Assembly (NCBI GenBank): GCA_017618055.1
Contig: JAFZVB010000014.1
Span: 263,663 to 327,662, forward strand
Source of the DNA: Clostridia bacterium
GTDB lineage: Bacteria > Bacillota > Clostridia > Christensenellales > CAG-917
DNA length: 64,000 bases
Direction: 5' to 3'
Positions 27,741 to 36,374 of the stretch are shown here, piece by piece. The translations under genes and the position numbers were made by a program. Below the pieces are notes generated by a model. The model was not told the DNA's origin. It saw only the letters and a program-made list of their open reading frames with translations, and did no database searches. Position 1 is the first letter of the stretch; every line of letters starts with the position of its first letter.

Positions 27741-28588
27741 TTTAGTAACTGGCCAATAATAAGACCTTTCCCCTTATATTCTATTCTTGCAAATTTAACT
27801 TGATTTAATCCTACGTTGTTAAGTTCAATACCATCATTGATGTATTTGCTCTTTTCTTCTTTACATATGTAAAGATCACTAATTAATTCTAGATTTTTTA
27901 ATGCTTTCTCATTTCTGAAAACATATTGATATTTCAAACCACAAGCTTTCAAAGCATTAATACATTGCAAGTCTGTACTAATACCAGAAATGAACTCGTT
28001 TATAATTAAAGAAGATCTATTGTCACAAATAGGTGCAAATATAACATCTGCATCCTCTATTTCAGCAATAACTTTCTTAACAAAAGAATTATTTGAATAT
28101 TCTCCAAGCCATCCACGATAATATGCAACAGCAATCATCCACTTAACATCTATGTCCAAACTAAGAACTTTTAAATCTTTTTCATTAAATGAAAATGCAT
28201 ATATGGATTCCATATGTTTGTTAGCAATATTTAATACTGCTTGTCCAAAACTATCTGTTGTATAGAATCCAGTGCCAAAATCACTATTTGGATTGTACTT
28301 ATCTAGCTTAATTGGCATCTCAAAATCTACATCTGAGCCATGGAATATTAATGTCTTGTTTTTATTGATAAGTTGTTCGTTAAAAAGTTGAACATAAATG
28401 TCATTGAAATATACTCCATTTTTGAATGCAAAATTGTACATTTTTTCAATGCTTTCGTTGTCTGCTCTCATCTTTCCATTTTCCCATTTGTTAATGGATT
28501 CATAGGTTACATTAAGAGCCATTGCTAAGTCTGTTTGTGTGATGTTTAACAAACGTCTAATAATCTTAATTTCGTTTGAAATACTCAT
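27737..28588 (-). CDS. XRE-type HTH fused to a DUF3990-like domain (ART-like H-Y-[ED] motifs)
   Basis: The N-terminal LNITQTDLAMALNVTYESINKWENG is a classic XRE HTH. The C-terminal part has LIFHGSDVDF, DFGTGFYTTDSFGQA and FAPICDNRS. These match my memory of DUF3990 and parallel the PARP-type HGS / GxGxYFA motifs. Confidence 0.55.
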   Translation of the reverse strand: MSISNEIKIIRRLLNITQTDLAMALNVTYESINKWENGKMRADNESIEKMYNFAFKNGVYFNDIYVQLFNEQLINKNKTLIFHGSDVDFEMPIKLDKYNPNSDFGTGFYTTDSFGQAVLNIANKHMESIYAFSFNEKDLKVLSLDIDVKWMIAVAYYRGWLGEYSNNSFVKKVIAEIEDADVIFAPICDNRSSLIINEFISGISTDLQCINALKACGLKYQYVFRNEKALKNLELISDLYICKEEKSKYINDGIELNNVGLNQVKFARIEYKGKGLIIGQLLK

Positions 28589-28863
28589 AGGCTATCTCCT
28601 TTAAATATCAATATCATTATAAAATAAATCATAAATAAGTGCAATATATTTTTATACTATTTTTTAAAGAAATTTCTTTGTTTTGTCTTTAATTCTTTGT
28701 TTATATATATTATAAACAAATTTTCATATTTTAACCCGAATAAAAGCATATTTCCTTTAAAATACTTAAAAATTCATATTAAATGCTAACATATTATGTA
28801 GTTCATATAAAATGAAATCCCCATATTATGAGGATCTCTTCTATAAATTTAGTTTAGTTTATG

Positions 28864-29658
28864 TTATTCAATGACATTTGTTGTGATATAGTCTACACCG
28901 TAATCTACAAGTTTTTTTGCAATATCTAGAGTGTCTACTGTCCAGCAATTTACCTTAATTCCTAGCTCATGTAATTTCTCTACTTTTTCCTTATTTAATT
29001 CTCTATAATATATGTCTAAATCTAGTTTGTTTTCTTGGAGTAAATCTAGAAGTTTTGCATTATATAATGTGGTGAGATATTGAGCCTTTATATTCTCATC
29101 TATTTTCTTAATTTCTTGTAGATTTGGAAGGTCAAAAGATATAAAAATTAAATTGTCTAAATAATCTATTTCCTTAATGATATCTACAATTTGTTTAATA
29201 CACTCTGGTTCAAAGTGGTTTTTGAGTTCTAAAACAGCAATCTTATTATATTCTTTGCACACCTTAATATATTCTTCTAAAGAAGGAATAGTTCTAGCCT
29301 CTGGAGTATCTTCCCCATTCTTAATTCTTAGTGGAATAGTTCTTAAGATATCAAAGTCTGTTTCTTCAACTGGCATATTCTTTTCTGCAACTCTTCCTGT
29401 AATATCGTCATGAATAATGATATATTTTCCATCTTTTGTTACATGGACATCAGTTTCAATACCATAAAAAGACTTCTCTCCGGCTGCTCTAAATGATGCA
29501 ACTGAGTTTTCTCTATGGAATGCACTATAACCTCTATGGGCTATAAATACAGTATTTTTCTTGTCTTCTAACTCTAGTGGTACATATTCATTCTTTTCTC
29601 TTTTGATATACTCTACTAGTTCTTTTGGTAGATAACGAAATCTAATGTGTGTGCTCAT
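28864..29658 (-). CDS. Glycerophosphodiester phosphodiesterase
   Basis: GDPD motifs: AHRGYS, ENSVASFRAA, GIETDVHVTKDG..IIIHD, and a C-terminal WTVD. Confidence 0.8.
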   Translation of the reverse strand: MSTHIRFRYLPKELVEYIKREKNEYVPLELEDKKNTVFIAHRGYSAFHRENSVASFRAAGEKSFYGIETDVHVTKDGKYIIIHDDITGRVAEKNMPVEETDFDILRTIPLRIKNGEDTPEARTIPSLEEYIKVCKEYNKIAVLELKNHFEPECIKQIVDIIKEIDYLDNLIFISFDLPNLQEIKKIDENIKAQYLTTLYNAKLLDLLQENKLDLDIYYRELNKEKVEKLHELGIKVNCWTVDTLDIAKKLVDYGVDYITTNVIE

Positions 29659-29670
29659 TTTATTTACCCC

Positions 29671-30213
29671 TTAAAATTTATATAGTTTATATTGTCCATT
29701 TTTAGTGGATATAGCGAAGAAATCTCCATTTTCTGGGAAACCATTCATAATTCCTTCAATACATCCAGTTGTACATTTATGCCCTCCAAGAATAATATTT
29801 ATATCTTTTCCAGCATATTTCCCTACTATTTCATCCAAGAATGATTTAATCCTTTTTCTAAAGTCATCTGGATTTTCTACACCTTTATATTCTGTTCTTA
29901 CAGGCAATAGTCCAAACTCAAAGTGTAAGTTCTCATCTATTACCATATTGTCTGCATCTCCCATATCACAAGGTTGAAGTCTTTCATCTAAGATTATCTT
30001 GTCTTTATCTATCCCAGAAACAATACTAACTGTTTGTATTGCTCTTTCTTGTGGAGATGAATAAGCCACATCAAACCTTACATCTTTTAGTTTTTCATGA
30101 AGATCTTGCGCTTGCTTAATGCCAGTTTCGTTTAGAGGCAATCCTTTTCGTCCTTGAAGTCTATGCTCCAAGTTTAAATCAGTTTGTCCGTGTCTAACTA
30201 CATATAAGTTCAT
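29671..30213 (-). CDS. Histidine phosphatase family protein (phosphoglycerate-mutase-like)
   Basis: N-terminal LYVVRHGQTDLN (RHG motif) and a later GGH. Confidence 0.8.
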   Translation of the reverse strand: MNLYVVRHGQTDLNLEHRLQGRKGLPLNETGIKQAQDLHEKLKDVRFDVAYSSPQERAIQTVSIVSGIDKDKIILDERLQPCDMGDADNMVIDENLHFEFGLLPVRTEYKGVENPDDFRKRIKSFLDEIVGKYAGKDINIILGGHKCTTGCIEGIMNGFPENGDFFAISTKNGQYKLYKF

Positions 30214-31394
30214 TATGGCTCCATCATCCCAGCTACGAGACCTTTATTTTTATCTATAATAATCTTGTTTATTCTTTCATTGAATGAACCCGTATTAGAG
30301 TTCACAAAGTCTACACTAAAGATTGGCATTGTATCTAACCAGAAATCTAGATTCTCATTTTCTATTAAAGATACATTGTATTTTTCTGCAAGATGTAATA
30401 GTGAGCAACCAAATAAGGAAGAAATGAAATCATCAAATCCTTTTGCGCCTAAAGCGTGTTGTGTTTGGTTGATTCTTAACATATTCTTTGCATTTGCATC
30501 TGCCTTTATAGACTCTGCAGTTTCTTGTATACCTTTAATTAGTGCTTTGTTAGAGTTTCTATTGTGCCAATCGTTCCTTGCATTTGTATCTAAATCAAAG
30601 AACTTATATGTATATTCATTTACAGAACCTTCGTCTTTATCTGTCATATGTTTATAATCTCTAGTATCTATAAGCACTAATCCAGACTTTGTTCCTGTTT
30701 GGGTTATATCGTTGTACCTTAAATCAGATATTTTTGTCTTTCCGTTTCCTTCGTTAAAAACATCTACATCTGAATAGTATACATAGTCATATATGTTTTT
30801 CTCGTTGTATGTTATAGTTTCAAGCCATTCATGGAACTGAGCCATATCATATCCATTAAAACCACAAGGATGGAAGTTAAGAATAACTATCTCACCAGTT
30901 TGTTCGCTTAGATACTTTAAAATGTCTACAATGTACCCAGCCATCTTGCCAGAAGTAATGGAATGTGTTGAATACCAATCTCCATCTGTAAAGCTATATT
31001 TTATATGCAAATATCTAGATCCTTGCATAAGCTGGTCATAAGCACCAACAGTTTGAGTTTTCGCATATCTAATGAAGTATCCTTTGCCTAAAACCTCCAT
31101 CATCTTCATTCCGAAACCCGCATTTTCATCTGCTTTAGACTTAGAATTGATATCGCAAGTACATGAATCATGAGAGCCAAGCATATAGATATCTTTTAAA
31201 TATGGATTTGCAACTGTAATATTGTCTATATTGGACAATACTTTGCCGTAATTATGGTCTAGATTGCCATTATCCTTTATAGATAGATTTGAAAGATTTA
31301 ATTCAAAAATAAAAAAGATAGCAAATACTAGAAAAATACAAATAAGAACAATAGCAACTATCCTTTTAGTATCTTTCTTTTCTGCCTTTCCCAT
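30213..31394 (-). CDS. Membrane-anchored PI-PLC X-domain-like phosphodiesterase
   Basis: Start probably MGKAEKKDTKR (ATG 31394, GGGGGA upstream); the track ORF extends to 31448. One TM helix, then YMLGSHDS...YAKTQTVGAYDQLMQGSRYLHIKY, which matches the PI-PLC X-box pattern (G.HDS...TQ...QL..G.RY.D.R). Confidence 0.55.
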   Translation of the reverse strand: MGKAEKKDTKRIVAIVLICIFLVFAIFFIFELNLSNLSIKDNGNLDHNYGKVLSNIDNITVANPYLKDIYMLGSHDSCTCDINSKSKADENAGFGMKMMEVLGKGYFIRYAKTQTVGAYDQLMQGSRYLHIKYSFTDGDWYSTHSITSGKMAGYIVDILKYLSEQTGEIVILNFHPCGFNGYDMAQFHEWLETITYNEKNIYDYVYYSDVDVFNEGNGKTKISDLRYNDITQTGTKSGLVLIDTRDYKHMTDKDEGSVNEYTYKFFDLDTNARNDWHNRNSNKALIKGIQETAESIKADANAKNMLRINQTQHALGAKGFDDFISSLFGCSLLHLAEKYNVSLIENENLDFWLDTMPIFSVDFVNSNTGSFNERINKIIIDKNKGLVAGMMEP

Positions 31395-31494
31395 TGCAAA
31401 AAAAATCCCCCAATAATCTAACAATTTCAATATTAGCATATTGAACAATCATATACAATGTACAAAATTAGACAAGTGTTCAAAAAATTAAAAA

Positions 31495-32169
31495 TTATAG
31501 TTTAAAATTATATCCACAGTTCTTACAATAATATGAATTCTTTTTATGATATATAGGCTTTTCACACATAGGGCACTTGCCATTTTCTAGAGTATATTTC
31601 TTCATGGTTTCTTGTTCTTCTTTAACCATTTTATATAATCTAATATTTTCAACGTGTTCATCTCTAGAAACATCCACAATATTGTCTTTTATAATCTTTG
31701 CAATCTGGTCTATTTCATTTGTGTCATATGTGTGTTCAAAAGCATAGGTTTCTAAAAAATCTTTTAAATCATTTAGATTAATTACATTTTCATCTTCTAT
31801 ATATGGAGCATTATTTTTAGCAAATACAACAACAGAAGTTATATCTACTTTTTGTTTTAGGATTTTTTTGAGATTTTTAACATGAGATTTGTTTTGGGAA
31901 ACAGGGCTTTTAATTCTAACATCTTTTCCTTTTACTCTTTTAGACCATGCTTTTGTTTTAGGATCGTAATGAATTGTTTCATAGAAGTTTTTTGTCTCTA
32001 TAACAATAACCCCATGAGAGTTAACTAATATATGGTCTACTTGGTGGGTCATCTCGGATTTTTCGTTTTTAATAGTAACGTCATTAAATAAATGATGATA
32101 TTCTTGAATACCACTTAGAATATTCTTAACTTTTAATTCACCTTGTTCACCACGACTAACTTTAGACAT
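31495..32169 (-). CDS. NERD-domain (nuclease-related) protein with a C-terminal zinc ribbon
   Basis: GEQGELKV...HQVDHILVNSHGVIVIETKN is the NERD core. The C-terminus has CPMC...CKNC. Confidence 0.65.
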   Translation of the reverse strand: MSKVSRGEQGELKVKNILSGIQEYHHLFNDVTIKNEKSEMTHQVDHILVNSHGVIVIETKNFYETIHYDPKTKAWSKRVKGKDVRIKSPVSQNKSHVKNLKKILKQKVDITSVVVFAKNNAPYIEDENVINLNDLKDFLETYAFEHTYDTNEIDQIAKIIKDNIVDVSRDEHVENIRLYKMVKEEQETMKKYTLENGKCPMCEKPIYHKKNSYYCKNCGYNFKL

Positions 32170-32262
32170 ATTTCACCTGCATAAATTATAAAGAATGATT
32201 TGTAAGCATGTAAACACTTACTAATAATATTATACGGTCTCAATTGTTCTATTTTTGGAACA

Positions 32263-33651
32263 TTATTTAAATTTTAAGAAAATATATTTTGGTGGATTAA
32301 GAGTCTCTTCCTTTGCAATTTCTTCATAATGTCTACCACAACCACATACCTTTGTTACTATATATGCAACACCCAAACTTAAAATAACATATGGCAAATA
32401 TGTTACGCCTGTAACTTCAAAAACTATGAAGAATGCTGTAAGTGGAGCAGAAATACTTGAACCAAAGAAAGATACCATTCCGCATAAAACTAATAGATGG
32501 AAACATTCATCTGGAAGACCAGCATTTAGATACATATCCCCACACAATACCCCTATTAAAGCACCAAGTGTAAGAGTTGGTATCATGGTGCCACCAGTTG
32601 CTTGAGATCTAAAGCACAACAAAGCTAAACCAAATCTAATAAATAGGACAAATATTGTTGTTATAGTGTCTATAGTTCCATTAGGATTCTTAAAGATATA
32701 TGTAATAAGTCCAAGACCACTTCCATTAAAGAATGGTTGTCCATCTTTTCTAACAAATCCTAAAGTTAAGAAGAATATAATTAGGAATGTTGCACCTAAT
32801 ACTTGGTATATCTTTAATTTAGACCTATTTATATTCTCTCTTAAGAATATGAATCCTTTTTGGTAAAATACTGAAACAATACCACAAATCAATCCTAGAA
32901 CAATAAATATATAGAAATATTTAGGGTCTATTGTTAAGCCACTTTCTATAGCAAAAAAGTTTATATGTACATTAAATAAATCAAAAAGAATTTGTGAAGA
33001 TAATAAAGAACCAAATATAGCAATACAAAGAGATGCTATGTACATAGGGTTAATCTTTCTTCTTACTTCTTCAACAGCAAATAACAAACCTGTTAATGCA
33101 GTTCCAAATGCAGATGCGAAACCAGCGCCAAGGGCTGCACTTATATAGTAATTCTTATTCTTAAGATGGAACATATCCGAGACCAATGCCCCGGTTGCAG
33201 CACCTAATTGTACGGATGGTCCTTCTGTCCCTACGTTTAAACCTGCTAGAAAGGATATAGACGAGCCTATGAAGTAGGAATAGATAATCTTAAAGGGTTT
33301 GCCCTTATTCTTCCCAGCGGCCATTTCAACGGCTCTAGGAACGCCACCACCTCTCGCTTCAGGACTCTTTCTTATTAATAACCACATTAAGAATGCAAGA
33401 ATACCCACTATAACTATTCCTAAAGGAATAAATTTTGGATTTGAAAGAAGAAATAAATATCCTCTTGCAGAAAAAGATGCAACATATTCTACAAGGATCA
33501 TAAAGAGAGCTACTATTATTCCAATTATAAAACCAATAACAATACTACCTGTTAAAACAGAAAGAACTCCATATATAATGAAATTCTTTGTGTTAGTATA
33601 TTGTATACTATTATCTATTGGATAATTCTCTTTAAATTTCCTCTCTTGCAT
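32263..33651 (-). CDS. ClC-family chloride channel / H+-Cl- antiporter
   Basis: About 10-12 TM helices. Selectivity-filter-like motifs GGGVPR, GTEGPSVQLG and GGTMIPTL. The start is 3 nt after the upstream stop. Confidence 0.85.
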   Translation of the reverse strand: MQERKFKENYPIDNSIQYTNTKNFIIYGVLSVLTGSIVIGFIIGIIVALFMILVEYVASFSARGYLFLLSNPKFIPLGIVIVGILAFLMWLLIRKSPEARGGGVPRAVEMAAGKNKGKPFKIIYSYFIGSSISFLAGLNVGTEGPSVQLGAATGALVSDMFHLKNKNYYISAALGAGFASAFGTALTGLLFAVEEVRRKINPMYIASLCIAIFGSLLSSQILFDLFNVHINFFAIESGLTIDPKYFYIFIVLGLICGIVSVFYQKGFIFLRENINRSKLKIYQVLGATFLIIFFLTLGFVRKDGQPFFNGSGLGLITYIFKNPNGTIDTITTIFVLFIRFGLALLCFRSQATGGTMIPTLTLGALIGVLCGDMYLNAGLPDECFHLLVLCGMVSFFGSSISAPLTAFFIVFEVTGVTYLPYVILSLGVAYIVTKVCGCGRHYEEIAKEETLNPPKYIFLKFK

Positions 33652-33654
33652 ATT

Positions 33655-34449
33655 CTAGAATGGTACTGTTAACTCTGGGCACGCTCCAAATACTTTGTTA
33701 AATACAGATGCAGCTGTTGAACTCGTTAAAGTAGTTGAAGTTGATGTAGATGTATCTCTATATTTTAATATTGCACTTCCTCTAGTAACTGTATCTAATT
33801 TCAAACATCCCAAGAAAGCATTATCTTCTAACCAAACTTCTATTTGTCCTTCACAAGTTACTGATTCCAATGTTGCACAATTAGAGAAACAACCAATTCC
33901 AAGTTCTACAACTCTTGTATCTGTTGGAGTTGCCGCACTAATTACAACTTGTCTTAAGTTTGGAAGGTTTGCAAATGTGCTTGGTTCTACTCTTGTAATG
34001 TATGGAGAGATAACTACTTTTGTTGGAACTTCATTATATGAATCCATATTAAAGATTGTATTGTTTATTCTTCTTAATGGTGCATATCCTGGAGTACCAC
34101 TAATTTTGTAATTAACATTGTCTGGGAATATTACATCTCCTAATAATGTGGAAGAATTATCTAATCCTGTGCATACAAAGTATGCAGGAGAAGAAGTTAA
34201 TGTGCCACCATCATGGAAATTAGAAGCTATTAAGACATCCGAACTACTATATGCAGAATATACAAAGTACTTAGCATATGCATTCCAATTATATGTTGTA
34301 CCAGATGGAGCAACCGCTGTATCTCCACCACCTTCATCTGACCAGTATGATGCTGTAAGCCCTACAGATAATCCTACTGTTAAAGCAACCAAGGCTACAG
34401 ACACTAAAATTATAAACCATTTTGTTTTAAATACATTTACTTTTGCCAT
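33655..34449 (-). CDS. Secreted protein: TasA/SipW-class signal peptide fused to BspA-type leucine-rich repeats
   Basis: GAGGTG RBS. The N-terminus MAKVNVFKTKWFIILVSVALVALTVGLSVGLTASYWSDEGG is a basic stretch plus TM helix ending in A-S-Y-W-S-D. The C-terminal half has LRR_5-like units (FANLPNLRQVVIS, IGCFSNCATLESVTC, DNAFLGCLKLDTV). Confidence 0.55.
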   Translation of the reverse strand: MAKVNVFKTKWFIILVSVALVALTVGLSVGLTASYWSDEGGGDTAVAPSGTTYNWNAYAKYFVYSAYSSSDVLIASNFHDGGTLTSSPAYFVCTGLDNSSTLLGDVIFPDNVNYKISGTPGYAPLRRINNTIFNMDSYNEVPTKVVISPYITRVEPSTFANLPNLRQVVISAATPTDTRVVELGIGCFSNCATLESVTCEGQIEVWLEDNAFLGCLKLDTVTRGSAILKYRDTSTSTSTTLTSSTAASVFNKVFGACPELTVPF

Positions 34450-34464
34450 ATCTTCACCTCATGC

Positions 34465-35433
34465 TTATGTTCTACGTACTGAATTAATTTCAAAGTTGAA
34501 GAAAATCTCTTGATTAATCAACTCTGGAGATGTTTCCTCATCTATCTTTGCAAAGTTTACTATAAAGCAGAACCTTGCTTGTGTGAATGGAACAACCAAC
34601 ATATATAATGTGTAGTCATCTGTTTGTGTATATGTCCAGTCATGCCAAGTTGCCTGTGCATAATATGGAGAATCTGTTTCTGGGAATGAAGAAATAGTTG
34701 GTTGTGGGTTACATTGTGTATAAACAAATGGCCCATCTCCACTCTTTGTATAATATGTCCAATTACTATTATAATCTTCTCTATTTACTTGCATATATTG
34801 AGATAATGACATATCAAAGTCAAATTCAGACTTATAGTCATCTAATGCAAGTTCATATCTTACCCAATCACCAGTATCATTTTGTGTATACTCATAGTTA
34901 CCTGCTGTTCCACTTCTTGTATATCTAATAGCTGCTTTTGGATTATGTGTATTATCATCTGCAGAATAACCATTCCTTGTTCTCCATTCTGGAATAGTTA
35001 TATATGTTCTTGGGTTTTGAAGTGTTACAGATGTAAGCACAATCTCAATAGCCTTTTTACCATCTACACCATCTGAAGTACCAGAATAAATGAAATTGAA
35101 TTCCATTCCAGCTCTTGTTGCTATACTTGTTAATTGTGTTCCAACCAATGAACTATCTAATACATCTAACGAATCTAAATTCCCAGACCCATCTTGATGT
35201 GTCATAACATATTCTGGTGTTGCAACTGCAGGTACAAGTTTTCCAATTGCTTCTGCATATTCAGATGCTGAGTCCATTGTCATAGAAGCATTACCAGTTG
35301 GAGCATAAGATGTAATTATGATATCATCGCTCTTTTTCATAACATCACCAAACCATGCTGCTGTTACACCAACAACACCAACGACAATACAAAGTCCCAT
35401 AATTATTAAGCTAAGGATAATTGATTTTCTCAT
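34465..35433 (-). CDS. TasA/camelysin-like secreted protein candidate (SipW-class signal peptide)
   Basis: Start set to ATG 35433, behind GGAGGTG; the track ORF begins 7 codons earlier. The N-terminus MRKSIILSLIIMGLCIVVGVVGVTAAWFGDVMK carries the signal motif. The C-terminal strand EIFFNFEINSV resembles the TasA-family terminal F-x-F-x strand. Confidence 0.5.
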   Translation of the reverse strand: MRKSIILSLIIMGLCIVVGVVGVTAAWFGDVMKKSDDIIITSYAPTGNASMTMDSASEYAEAIGKLVPAVATPEYVMTHQDGSGNLDSLDVLDSSLVGTQLTSIATRAGMEFNFIYSGTSDGVDGKKAIEIVLTSVTLQNPRTYITIPEWRTRNGYSADDNTHNPKAAIRYTRSGTAGNYEYTQNDTGDWVRYELALDDYKSEFDFDMSLSQYMQVNREDYNSNWTYYTKSGDGPFVYTQCNPQPTISSFPETDSPYYAQATWHDWTYTQTDDYTLYMLVVPFTQARFCFIVNFAKIDEETSPELINQEIFFNFEINSVRRT

Positions 35434-35437
35434 ACCA

Positions 35438-36370
35438 TTACACCTCCGCCACACTTAATACAGTTACAGTTACATCAAAACTGAATGTTGCGCCAATATA
35501 TGATGAATCCGAATAAGTTACACCATTTAATGCTGGATAGGATGATAAGTGATTAATTTTATTCAATTCATCTGCTGAATAAATTTCATCCATATTTAAC
35601 ACCCAATCTCTCTTTGTTTTACCAGATTGAAGATTATTTCCATATTGATACCAGTATGCTTTTTCTGGACAGAATACCAAGTATAGATATGCGCTAGAAT
35701 GATCTGCTACATAACCTTGTATAGGTAATGCTTGAGGTGTTGTTGTCCATTTTGTTGCAACTTCTCCATTAGCTAATGGCAATTTGTTGTTTGTATCTGT
35801 AATAGCATTATATGTCTTTGTTCCACGATATGGTGTATAAATATCGTTTCCATCTTTTATATACCAAGTAAATCCATACTTGATTAAATCCTTATCTGTG
35901 AGCATCATTAATGTTATTGGAGGATCACCATTTTCTTGATCCAAGGTAATATGAACAGCACTAATCTCAACCATAAATTCAACTGCTTTATTTTCAGTAT
36001 CTATATTGAATTGTGCACCAACTTCATATGGTTTATCAAGCATATATGAATCATAATTAATACTACCAGAAGGATAGCCAAGGATATTTGTTGCGAACTC
36101 ACTTGTAACTACATGATTATTCCCTTGTGCATTTCTATATCCGTATTGACCAGTATACTGAGGATATCCTCCTTCTGGTTCATTTCCGAAACTGAATGAC
36201 AAAACAAAACAAGTTGTTGTAGAAAGTTCTATTGTAGCAACTCCTGTTTGAGTAGAATTAGTAAACCATGCATATGAAACTCCGACCATTGTTATACATC
36301 CCACCATAACGACAATAGCGGTGACTATGCGTATAATAAATTTAATATCTTTTCTTTTTTTCTTAGTCAT
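35438..36370 (-). CDS. TasA/camelysin-like secreted protein candidate (SipW-class signal peptide)
   Basis: The ATG is 8 nt after a GGAGG that lies inside the giant gene's 3' end. N-terminus MTKKKRKDIKFIIRIVTAIVVMVGCITMVGVSYAWFTNSTQ. C-terminal strand GATFSFDVTVTV. Confidence 0.5.
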   Translation of the reverse strand: MTKKKRKDIKFIIRIVTAIVVMVGCITMVGVSYAWFTNSTQTGVATIELSTTTCFVLSFSFGNEPEGGYPQYTGQYGYRNAQGNNHVVTSEFATNILGYPSGSINYDSYMLDKPYEVGAQFNIDTENKAVEFMVEISAVHITLDQENGDPPITLMMLTDKDLIKYGFTWYIKDGNDIYTPYRGTKTYNAITDTNNKLPLANGEVATKWTTTPQALPIQGYVADHSSAYLYLVFCPEKAYWYQYGNNLQSGKTKRDWVLNMDEIYSADELNKINHLSSYPALNGVTYSDSSYIGATFSFDVTVTVLSVAEV

Positions 36371-36374
36371 AGTC

